DNA of 62,994 nucleotides, filler included, from Saprolegnia diclina VS20 (lineage: Eukaryota), in the NCBI RefSeq assembly GCF_000281045.1. It is 5 parts of 2 records of this genome, joined end to end, with 100 filler letters (N's around TTAATTAATTAA, not from the genome) between each part and the next. Parts side by side here need not be neighbours in the genome. Positions count along the whole stretch, not along the records: positions 1 to 19,241 come from NW_008246110.1; positions 19,342 to 51,170 come from NW_008246110.1; 3 more parts are not named here. One strand, given 5' to 3'. The notes under the pieces were generated by a model. It searched no databases. It was not told the DNA's origin and saw only the letters and a program-made list of their open reading frames with translations. Position numbers and translations under genes: made by a program. Positions 13,001-22,861 of the stretch are shown piece by piece (the first letter of the stretch is position 1; each line of letters begins with the position of its first letter).

Positions 13001-14067
13001 TCGTGTGCCAAACTCACGGCGAGCGAAGTCAAGACGCTGCTGACGACGCTGCCGGCGCCAGTCGTCCTGCGATTTGCCTCTCCGTCGCCAGACGACGCCT
13101 TTGCCCAAGTGGCACCGCGCCGCAAGCTCCGGACGTACGACGTCGAGTTTGGTCCAGGGTCCTTTGGCCTCAAGCTGCGCGCACGGCCGCTGGTACGTTG
13201 CCGGATGCATTCTGCGTCTTATGCCTGACGTAGGCGCCGCTCGGTGTCATTGTCGCGGGTTTCATTCCGGACCGCACCAAGGACGAGACCAAGGCCATGG
13301 GTGCGGGCGAGCTCAGCGGCCAGATTCGCCCGGGCAACCTGTTGCTCAAGGCCAATGGCTGGGACTGCCGCGACAAGGAGTTCAGCGAGGTGCACAGGAG
13401 CCCTCATGCAAGAAATGTCATAGTGCGTGTTGTAGGTCATGGAGCATCTCAAGACGCTGCCGCGGCCCGTGACGTTATCGTTCTCGACCAGTCCCGACGG
13501 CATCGTGACGCTCACCGAGTGGCCGCCGCTCCTCGAGCTCGACAGTCGCGGCGATCATGTGATCGTGTCGGGGTTCACGCGGCTGCCGTCCATGGCACGC
13601 AACTCCAAGCAAGTCGCGGAGGGCGACACGCTCGTCTCGATCAACGGCAAGGCGGTCGCCAAGCTTCCGTACGACCGCATCATGACGCTTCTGAAAGAGG
13701 CGATGGACGCGCCGCCCTTTGACGTGGTGTTCGGCAAGAAGAGCGAGAAGAAGACGACGAGTGTGCACTTTGCCCATGGGCCCATGGGCATTCTCTTTGG
13801 CTCGGACCGGGTACGCCCACTATCTGAATACCTCTGGTGCTAAGCGATACATAGGACGGCAGTGTGTTTGTGAAAAAGTTCATTCCGGGGCTTGGGCCCG
13901 CAGAGCGGAGCGGACTCGTTCACAAAGGGTTTGTGCTGCTTCAAGTGGGCGGCAAGACGGTGTCCGACGTCGACCACGCGCAGTCGCTCTTGGCGAGTGC
14001 GACGCCACCCTACTCGCTCACCGTGCGCGACCTCGAGATGGAAGCCAGCATTGCGCAATTGTACTAA
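10053..14067 (+). CDS. Multi-exon protein: SH3-like barrel repeats, helical region, BPI/LBP (TULIP)-like domain and four PDZ domains
   Basis: TULIP-like stretch LPTIEVPPI..YSISVLDLSNF..GSWFSAVYNVLATLFKELIRDYI. PDZ motifs TLVGING, GSFGLKL..IRPGNLLLKANG, VAEGDTLVSING, GPMGILF..GPAERSG..LLQVGG. Many GT-AG introns. Confidence 0.75.
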
Positions 14068-15283
14068 CACTGCTATGAGAGCTACTATACAATGAGTGAC
14101 GGGACTCGGTCGAGGTTAGGGTATGCCGGTTCGCCGATAGCGTCTGCGGGTGTTGCATCCGTCTTGCCGCAATGTTACTGCAGCGACAAGCGATCTTGAT
14201 CGTGGAGGATACAGTCCACTCCGCACTCGCTGCCAGGATCAGACTACTAGGGCCTTCGTGGTCTCGCATGGTGTCCGACCACGCTCGCTGGTTGCACAAT
14301 CGACTACCTCCACTATCAGTGTCCAGCTTCAGTGTACTTGTAGCCATTCTGTACGTCCAAAGGTTGCGAGGCGAGTACACGGTACGCCGAGGTGTCGCCC
14401 TGTCGAGTTTCTGCAGAGCGTGGAACGCAGCGAGCGACGGCGATGACGCCAACCGCAGTATGGGATCATTACACCGCGTCCAGTTTCTCAGCGTCGGTCG
14501 CGCTTATATAACGCACGCCTTGCCCGACAACAGTGTCGACGCATTCCCGGATGATCCAGAGCCCAACACGGTTTCAGTAGCATCGAATGATCAGCGACCT
14601 ACACTACAAGTGGCGCGACTGCCAGAGAGCTGCCAGAGCTGTGTGCGAACGACCTACACTGGCCCGAGCTACCGCATTTATGGCGCTAGTACCCATGCAT
14701 TTCATTACACCAGCGCACGCGAGCCGTACTGGCTGCTTGGCGCCAAATCCGCAAACCCACGTGGCGTATCTTGGTCGTGACATGCGTCGCCATCGCATAC
14801 TGAATTCCATACAAAAGCATACACGCCATGCTATGGGACGCTTACCCCACGTCCGTGACGTTCATTCGACCCCTATAGGATCTATTGCGCACGTCCATGT
14901 TCGCTTCTGTTATTGGTGCTTTCTCGCCATGTACTCGTACGTGATTGGTTCTTGGGTCGGTGCGAACATATGATTTGTCGACGACCAAACGTACGGTCTC
15001 CAGGAGGTCCTGTGTCCCATACGCCAATTCAGCAAACACTTGACTTTTGTATGGCGACGTACGCGATTCGCTTCGAATGTCGAGAAATCGAACGTCTGCG
15101 ACATGCCGCTCGTCGTGCGGTTGCGTCGATTTGAATGTTTGAATAAAAATACCTTGCTGTTTGTATGCTTTGTGGCACGACGACCAGAATGAAATGGCGC
15201 GGATGTGCTGGCAGGTTCCGCCGTGCCAGCTTGGCGCTGTCCGAGCTGGCAGAGACGCCACGTACCTATATTAGAACTGAGTC

Positions 15284-15299
15284 GCTCATTCTGCGATTC
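15284..15299 (+). promoter_or_regulatory. Oomycete INR/FPR core promoter
   Basis: GCTCATTCTGCGATT just upstream of ATG 15311. Confidence 0.65.
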
Positions 15300-15310
15300 G
15301 CCTCCTGACG

Positions 15311-16477
15311 ATGAAGCTATCGATTGCTACAGCGAGCCTCCTCGCGTCGGCCGCGCTTGCCGCCGAGTTCCGCTTCACCAACAAGTGCGACTACACGATC
15401 AACCTCCATGCTGGTGGCAGCGTCTTTGTGTGCGATATCCCGTCGGGCGAGACGCGCAACAACAACTGCGGTGCGACCTTGGGCTCGCACGGCCTGTTCA
15501 AGCACACGGCCGCCAACGATGTCAACCGTACGTCATTGCATCGTATGCTTGGTGGCTCATGAATGGATGTAGTGCTCGAGTACTCGCTCACCAACACGAA
15601 TGGCTTCAACAACGTGTGGTACGACATCAGCAACATCCCGCCGGGCCCTGGCAACTGCAAGAGCTACGACGACTGCAAGGCCTTTACGGGCAAGAAGGGC
15701 TACAACGTGCCCATGAGCATCCATCCGGTGAACAACAACAACGGCAAAAACTGCCGCGACCTCGTCGTCACCAAGCCCGACTCGCCTGTCGCGTACCTCT
15801 TCCCGACCGACGACGGCAAGATGGCCGACTGCAAGATCGACGAAGTCTTTGACGTGACGTTCTGCCCCGGTGGCAACCCTGGCCCGGCGCCGTCGCCCAG
15901 CGTGCAGCCCACGCCTGCTCCCACCCAGGCCCCCACCCAGGCTCCTACCCAGGCTCCTACCAAGGCTCCTACCCAGGCTCCTACACAGGCTCCTACCCAG
16001 GCTCCTACACAGGCCCCTACACAGGCTCCCACTCAGGCTCCTACGCAAGCTCCTACGCAGGCCCCGACCCAGGCGCCGTCGCCCAGCTCGGATGGACCGA
16101 CGTATGCTCCGTCGCCCAGCTCGGCCTCGCCCACGGAAGCGCCTGACGCCCCGACGGCGTCTCCCGATGCGCCGACGGCCAAGCCGGACGTCCAGCCCGA
16201 TGTGATCCCGGACGGGCAGGTGGGTGCGTGGAAGCAGTGCGGCGGCAAGGGCTACTCTGGCTCGTCGACGTGTACGGACGGCTACACGTGCCAAGGCGTG
16301 AACGAGTGGTTCTCGCTCTGCCACCCGCTGCCGCCCAAGGAAGGCGAGCTCGCGACGTGGGCGCAATGCGGCGGGAAGGGCTACACCGGTATCACCAAGT
16401 GCCAGGCGCGCGACGAATGCTGGACCAAGGACGAGCACTTCTCGCAGTGCATCCCGTCGTCCACCAAGTCGACGTAA
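15311..16477 (+). CDS. Secreted thaumatin-like protein with APTQ linker and two CBM1 cellulose-binding modules
   Basis: Signal peptide MKLSIATASLLASAALA; FTNKC, LEYSL, WYDIS, GYNVPMSI, AYLFPTDD, FDVTFCP; two W.QCGGKGY.G...C CBM1 motifs; intron 15528-15572. Confidence 0.88.
15917..16072 (+). repeat. 12-bp coding tandem repeat, 13 copies (APT[Q/K])
   Basis: GC[TC]CC[TCG]ACNCAG-type units encoding a Pro/Thr linker. Confidence 0.95.
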
Positions 16478-17496
16478 CTTCAACAACATCCCAACGCTCA
16501 ATATAGACATCAATTAACCCTATAAACTTCTAGTTCTAGTACTCGATGTCTCATCGTGTGCACATGATACAAGCTCCACGGAAGAGAAACGCACTGTCGG
16601 GGGCGGCTCGGCAAAAGCGCGCTGCTGATATAGCTGCATGCGATCTCCTCTCGGCTCGTCGCTCCATTCGCTCTTAACACAGCGCACCTCAAAGCTGGTT
16701 CACCGGGATAAGCGATCGGAAGCATAATCTGAGTTGCTGAGATCTGCGACGACGTGAGTAGCGCCCTCGACCACTTACACTGTACAGGAAGGTGCACTGT
16801 ACTGGACAACGGTGGAGCTTGGGCGAATTTGCGCATGCTACTAGGAGCTGCTCGGCCGTTGTATCGAGATCGAGCGTCTGGCCAGTCGCCACAAGCTCGT
16901 TCCACGTCGACACCCAACGCCTGGTCGTGTCGCCTCGTTGGCCGCTCGTCCAAGCATGCACCGTCCTACACTGCAGCACGATCCGCGCAGTTCACAACCG
17001 CAGTCGACTCGTCCGCCATGTCCTCAACGAGTAGCAAAGGAAGGCGCTGTCGTCATTCCTCCGGCCTCGAAACGCCATCATAATCGAACGTGGTCTGGTG
17101 GGAACAGGACGTGATGGGTTGCCCCATCCTACTCTATCCTGCTCCTTGTCCTTCCCAGTCCCAAACGGCAAGGACGCGTGCTCGTGCTACCTGAGATGTC
17201 TTGTCCTCTTGGTTATCTTCGCCATCATCAGCTACCATCCATATCCACATCGTTCGATATGGAAGGCCGTGCTGAGATCTCGACGACCGACTTCCCAAGC
17301 TCTGCACAGCGCACGACACCCAATGATCGCTTCGATGCACACGCGTTCCGCGGTTCAAGCTGCTCTCGGTGCGTCCCAGTCGTCACGGGCGCAGAGTGGG
17401 ACATGTGCGTTGGCGCCACCGCGCCACGTGGTGTTCCTATCACTGCGCCGACCGCCTTGCTACGGTGGCCACAATTCGAATTTCCAACTCGCTGAC

Positions 17497-18489
17497 ATGC
17501 TACGCCTCTCGACCATCGCGCTCGCCGCCGCCGCCGTCTCGGGCTTTGAGATGACGTTCACCAACAAGTGCTCGTACACGATCAACTTGAAGGCGGCGTT
17601 CGGCCGCTACGTCTGCGATATTGCGCCGGGCGCGGCCAACACGTGCACGCAGTACATTGGCGCCGGCCAGCAAGGCCTCTTCAAGCACACGGAGAAGGAC
17701 GACGTCAACCTCGTCGAGTACTCGACCATCAACAGCAACGGCATGAACTTTGTGTGGTACGACGTGAGCAACATCCCGCCGATGCCGGGCAACTGCAACA
17801 GCTACCAGAACTGCAAGGACGTCACGGGCAAGAGCGGCTTCAACGTGCCCGTGTACGTGACGCCCACCACCAACGCGGGCCAGGGCTCATGCACCGAGCT
17901 CCGCGTCACCAAGGCCGACTCGGGTGACGCCTACTTGTTCCCGGCCGACAACACCAAGACGCACGCGTGCCCGATGGACACCAAGTTCTCGGTCACGTTC
18001 TGCCCCGAGGGCGGCAGCGGCGGCAACCCGAGCGCGAGCTTTCAAAAGTACGACAACACGGACTTCTGGGGCAACGACATTGGCCGGTTCCAGGTGTGGG
18101 GCGACGCCAACGCCAAGGCGAGTGCGTGCGCCAGCGGCTGCAAGGGCAACGACCAGTGCGTCGGCTTCTCGGTGAGCGGCGACTTTTGCTACATGAAGAA
18201 CGCGATCGCCAACAAGTTTGGGAGCGGCGGCGTCATCGGCGGCATCATGAACGGCAACGGCAAGTGCGCGGCGACGCAGTGGAACACGGACTTTTACGGC
18301 AACGACATTGACCGCAAGCAGGTCTGGGGCAACGCCGGCGAGCGCTCGGGCCAGTGCTGCAACTATTGCAACGGCGTCGGCAACTGCGCCGCCTACACGG
18401 TCAACGGCGACTGGTGCTACCTCAAGTCGCAGGTCGGTTCTGCGTCGTGGAGCGGTAGCGCCTACTCGGGCCGCCGTGCATCGGCGTAA
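17497..18489 (+). CDS. Secreted thaumatin-like protein with two PAN/Apple domains
   Basis: Signal peptide MLRLSTIALAAAAVSG; same TLP motifs as the 15311 gene; two NTDF[WY]GNDI...C...C...C..[FY]....CY[ML]K PAN repeats; intronless. Confidence 0.88.
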   Translation: MLRLSTIALAAAAVSGFEMTFTNKCSYTINLKAAFGRYVCDIAPGAANTCTQYIGAGQQGLFKHTEKDDVNLVEYSTINSNGMNFVWYDVSNIPPMPGNCNSYQNCKDVTGKSGFNVPVYVTPTTNAGQGSCTELRVTKADSGDAYLFPADNTKTHACPMDTKFSVTFCPEGGSGGNPSASFQKYDNTDFWGNDIGRFQVWGDANAKASACASGCKGNDQCVGFSVSGDFCYMKNAIANKFGSGGVIGGIMNGNGKCAATQWNTDFYGNDIDRKQVWGNAGERSGQCCNYCNGVGNCAAYTVNGDWCYLKSQVGSASWSGSAYSGRRASA

Positions 18490-18686
18490 TTTAACCTAAA
18501 CACATGTTGACTGAATACACGTTCGTCGAGTGCGACACGCGACTAGGGCTAGGTAAAACCCGCGCTCTGCAACTGTAATCAACGACACCAGCTGCAAAAA
18601 TGTATTTGTACAGACGGACAAGTTGTCGTCGTAGACATGCAAACAGTGCTAGTGGGTCGCGTCTTACTGGCTCTGCGGCCTAAAAG

Positions 18687-19241
18687 TTAGGCGCGGAGAC
18701 GGCCGCCGGGGCAGTAGACGACGTTGAAGACTTCGTCGGGACGGCAGTCGGCGTTCTTGCCCGTGTCGCCAGGAAACAAGAACGCGTCCGGTGCGTCCGG
18801 GCGCGTCACGTACAGCTTGCGGCAGTTGCGGCCGTTGGCAAAACGCGTCGGAGTCACTTCGATGGGGACGTTGAAGCCCTTCTTGCCGCCCGTGTGCTGC
18901 TTGCAGTCGTTGTAGCTCGTGCAGTGGTCTGGCTACAACGCACATTGATACGATCGGAGAGGCGTGAAGAACCCTACCCCCGGCGGGATGTTGCTGATGT
19001 CATACCACACGCCGTAGTTATCGACCGAGTACTCGAACACTACGGACCATGAGATCGATGGGAGATGGAAGCAGATGCGTACGGTTGGCTTCGTCGGACT
19101 CCGTGTGCTTGAAGAGTCTCGAGGGGGAACCGGGACCGGCGTTGGTGCCGCAGCCGTCGTTGCGCGTTTTGCCCGGCGGGATATCGCAGTAGAAGGACCC
19201 GCCGGGGCCGCGGAGCTGGATGGTGTAGCTGCAGCGGTTGG
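18687..19241 (-). CDS. Third thaumatin-like paralogue (TLP domain only), 5' end in assembly gap
   Basis: NRCSYTIQL..GLFKHTESDEAN|LFEYS..WYDISNIPPG|PDHC..GFNVPIEVTP..AFLFPGD..FNVVYCPGGRLRA*; two introns, the first at the same position as in the 15311 gene. Confidence 0.85.
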
Positions 19242-19341
19242 NNNNNNNNNNNNNNNNNNNNNNNNNNNNNNNNNNNNNNNNNNNNTTAATTAATTAANNN
19301 NNNNNNNNNNNNNNNNNNNNNNNNNNNNNNNNNNNNNNNNN
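19242..19341. other. Assembly gap with artificial linker
   Basis: 44 N + TTAATTAATTAA (stops in all six frames) + 44 N. Confidence 0.97.
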
Positions 19342-20109
19342 GGTGGCGCCACGTTTTGCGCTGAGCGCCAACTTTTTAGCTTGTTTCAGCGGCACCCGAT
19401 GGCTCTCGAGGCTACAAATCACGGGTGCGAGGTCTTGGACACCGCGCGCAGACCGCATTGTATCCAACGACGGTAGCGCCAGCCTCGACGCCGTCGACAC
19501 GACCGCACCCAGTTGAGCCGAACTGGTTGCCCGCGCTCAGTCTGCAATGGACCCAAACCAGCTGCGCCTCACCCGGCTCGAGCCCGCGGCCTTGCCAGTG
19601 CAGCGTCCCACCCACGGTACAAACAGATCTTAGTTGGCTAGCAATCGCGGTCAAGTTTGGAGCTTGGAAGCGAACGGTAGATCCCTCCCGACACCCAAAT
19701 CAACTCTTGCCGTGCGATGTCCGAGAAGGACTGCGTCAAGTGCAGCGGAGACCTACGGGCCTCTCATGATTACCCCGTAGCATTACGTTGCGCAGTCTTG
19801 CCAGGCTCGTGCAGAGGCTCGTGGCCCATGGACGCCGCTTTGCATTTTTGATGATGATGAAACGCTGTCAAGGCTATCTAAAACAACGCCACCTTAGCCT
19901 GCACCTTGTGCAGGCTACCACCGGGGCAGGACTACGTCGACTTGAGGCGTAGGATCGTATCTACCCTACATATTTATTTGTATGTAGGATATATCTACGT
20001 CGACACTGTCCTGCCAAGTGCATGCCAGACCTTCCAGATGCATTTCGTTTACACGCCAATTGTCGTGTGTTTTTAGCCTTCGTGGCCATTGGTCAATCAA
20101 CAATTGGAG

Positions 20110-21830
20110 ATGGAGACCCTGCCGACCGCTGCGGCCGCCACACCCGACGCCAGCGCCAAGCGCGATGTCAAGAACCCAGGCGTGAACAAGCGCTCGAAGC
20201 GCAAGCGCGACAAGTTCCAGGCGGCTGCCGACGGCGAGTGGACACAGTGCATGTTCAAGCTCGAGCGCAAGGCCCGCTACTGCAACGTGGCTCGGTGCGA
20301 CGCCGTCTTGGGCTCGTTTGTGCCTCACGATATCGGATCTTCATAGCGTCGCGGGCTCGCTCTACTGTGGCAACCACATTGAGCGTGACGAAGGCTTTGT
20401 CAGCAACAAGTCGAAGAAGTTCAAGGCCGAGATGCGGCAGCGCGTCCCTTGCACGCTCGACCCATCGCACACCGTGTACCTCTACGACCTCAAGAAGCAC
20501 TTGGTGGTACATCGATATACGCCTAAATGAGCGTCCTGCATATTGATATCGTCGTAGGTTTGCAACAAGCTCAAGGAAGCCGAGGCCATGCAGGCGCTGC
20601 CGTACTTCTCACGCAACATCAACTCGGGGGCGCACGCCGCCACGCCGCAAGAGAGCACCGAGCCCAGCGTCGACGAGCCCGAGAATGAGACGGAGGACAA
20701 CAGCCACCAAGCGCCGTCGGCGGCGCGCCAAGCATCCATCCTCCAAATCCTGGTACGCATCTATGTCAATACCGCTACCACCAACCCACGTTTCCCGTAG
20801 GCCAAGATGGACTACAACGCCTTTGCTGCCAAGATTGAGGCTGCGTACGCCAAGGCCATCGGCTCGATCCCGACCGAGACGCTCAAGCACGACGGGTGTA
20901 CCAAGCTGCTTTTGGAGAAGGAGGCGACCGGCGCGTCGCACGGAGCGCTGCGCCATATCCAGCAGCAGGCGTCGATCATCGGCCACATGGAGCGCAAGAG
21001 CCTCTTGCACCCGTCGTTCACGTACATGGAGCTCGGCGCGGGGCGCGCGATGCTCTCGCTCGCGCTCACACAGCTGTACCCAGCGTCGCCGTTCATTCTC
21101 ATCGATCGCGCCGGCACGCGGGGCAAGGCCGACCAGTACATTGCAACCGAGAGCAAGTGCACGCGCGCCAAGATCGACATTCGGCATCTGAACCTTGCGG
21201 GCATGAAGGAAGCGACCGAGACGCCGCTCGTGTGTCTCTCCAAGCACCTCTGCGGTGTCGCGACCGACCTCTCGCTGCGAGCCCTCGCGACGACACTGCC
21301 ACCGGTGCAAGCCAACGCGATGAGCCCGGACCTGCACGGTCTAGCGATTGGTACGACGAGCGTGCATGAGATACAACCTGATCTCTCGATGCTAGCGCTC
21401 TGCTGCCACCACGCGTGCAGCTGGGACGACTATGTCAACCCGACGTACCTCAAAGAGCTCGTATCAACGATTCGCTATTGCCGACTCTGGCTTATCATCG
21501 AGGGTTAGGGCTTCTCGGCTGCGGACTTCAAGGTGCTTGTCTCGCTCTCGGGCTGGGCGACGTGCGGTATGGGCACCGAAGGCGACGCTGTCGAGACGGT
21601 TCTTGGCTGGAGGTACGTGACGCATCACGTACGCGGCTCAAGCACGCTTGCGACGTAGCCGGGAGAAGCGCACGGCGCTTGGCCGTAAGAGCAAGCGCGT
21701 CATCGACATGGGCCGGGTACTCTACCTGCGCGCGCACGGCATGCACGCCGAGCTTGTGCACTACTGCGAACAAACTGAGAGCCTCGAAAACTGCCTCCTC
21801 CTGGCCTCGCGCCCGCCGGCGACGGCATAG
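20110..21830 (+). CDS. TRM13: tRNA:m4X 2'-O-methyltransferase TRM13, multi-exon
   Basis: CMFKLERKARYC..YCGNH CCCH finger; RVPCTLDPSHTV..KHL CHHC finger; QQASIIGH, ELGAGRA, IDIRHL, SKHLCGVATDLSLR, LCCHHAC, GRKSKRVIDMGR, SLEN. Confidence 0.95.
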
Positions 21831-21974
21831 AAGACGAGCACGCGCCGCGGAGAAGTGGACGGCGCCGCTCGAGAGGATGGAGGAAGAGAATATAGTTTAC
21901 AGCTGCCCATACGGCGTCGCCTATATGGCTTTAATGGGCTCGTGTGGCGAAGTGACGTGGTTGGCGGACGCTCG

Positions 21975-22442
21975 CTACGCTGCTGGTTGCTCGAGAAAGT
22001 CCGTGATCGATGGCTGCGTCGCATTCGCCGACATGTGCTTGGGAAACGTGTGCACGACGACCTCGATGGCGCTCAACGGGATGGGCAGCGCGCGGCCGTC
22101 GTCGCTTGGGCGCATAACCGTGTACGAGCGACCGATCGGCTTGACAACGTATGTAAACTTGATGGCCCCGAGGACAACCTCGCGCGACGGTAGCGCCTTG
22201 TCCTTCTTGTCAGGCTGGCTTACACGCTCGATCTGCGTCTGCAGATGTGCCCACTCGGGTCCTTGGCCGAGGCCATCGACGATTTGGCTCAGGTACGTCG
22301 GGTCACGCCCCGGCTCGTTGAACCAGGTGAGCGCTTCTCCTGGGAAGATGTAGATCGACATGGGTACGATGCGCGGGACGGCGCCGGTCGGCCCGCTCAG
22401 CGTCACATGCAGTAGCGTCTTGGTTCGGTACTGGACGCCCAT
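21975..22442 (-). CDS. Hypothetical protein with C-terminal PIP-box-like motif (weak SLX4IP-like resemblance); start uncertain
   Basis: Open frame with typical codon usage; C-terminal QPSITDFL. Confidence 0.55.
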   Translation of the reverse strand: MGVQYRTKTLLHVTLSGPTGAVPRIVPMSIYIFPGEALTWFNEPGRDPTYLSQIVDGLGQGPEWAHLQTQIERVSQPDKKDKALPSREVVLGAIKFTYVVKPIGRSYTVMRPSDDGRALPIPLSAIEVVVHTFPKHMSANATQPSITDFLEQPAA

Positions 22443-22732
22443 GCTGGCGGCCGCGATCCAAGTGGCAGCTGCTGTGGTCAATGCGGTGGTATCCGGATAC
22501 GATAGTACATTCGGCATGTGCCACATCTACGGCGTGGCCAGCCGCTGCACAAAGAGGCGTCCCGGAAATAAAGACACGTCTATAGCTGACCTCAAGAGAA
22601 CTGGGACACAAGGCTGCAGTTGAAATAGCATCGAGTACCGAGCAATCAAGGGCGTGCGCAGCGTCACGCGGTCCTGGGCTCGGGCCGGGCGTGGCGCGAT
22701 GCCGAATCTAAGCGCCGGAAAAACAATGGCGT

Positions 22733-22800
22733 CGATTGGCCCGGTTCGCACTCGCGATCCGATTGGTTAAAAAAGAAGTCGTTGGTAGTTCTGATTGGTC
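22733..22800. promoter_or_regulatory. CCAAT-box cluster in divergent promoter
   Basis: Three GATTGG copies between the 21975-22442(-) gene and NUP205. Confidence 0.5.
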
Positions 22801-22861
22801 ATAAGTCGTGGTTTTGCCCGATATTTTGTGGCAAACAATTCAAATTCGGTTCGCAAGGCTA

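Noticed and set aside
14100..15250. Overlapping short ORFs upstream of the TLP cluster
   Set aside because: Lack coding codon bias and motifs; treated as intergenic
15917..16072. Possible CRISPR-like or satellite array
   Set aside because: In-frame coding Pro/Thr linker without spacers
19286..19297. TTAATTAATTAA palindrome (also at 51215, 58733, 61411)
   Set aside because: Always centred in N runs; an artificial six-frame stop linker, not biology
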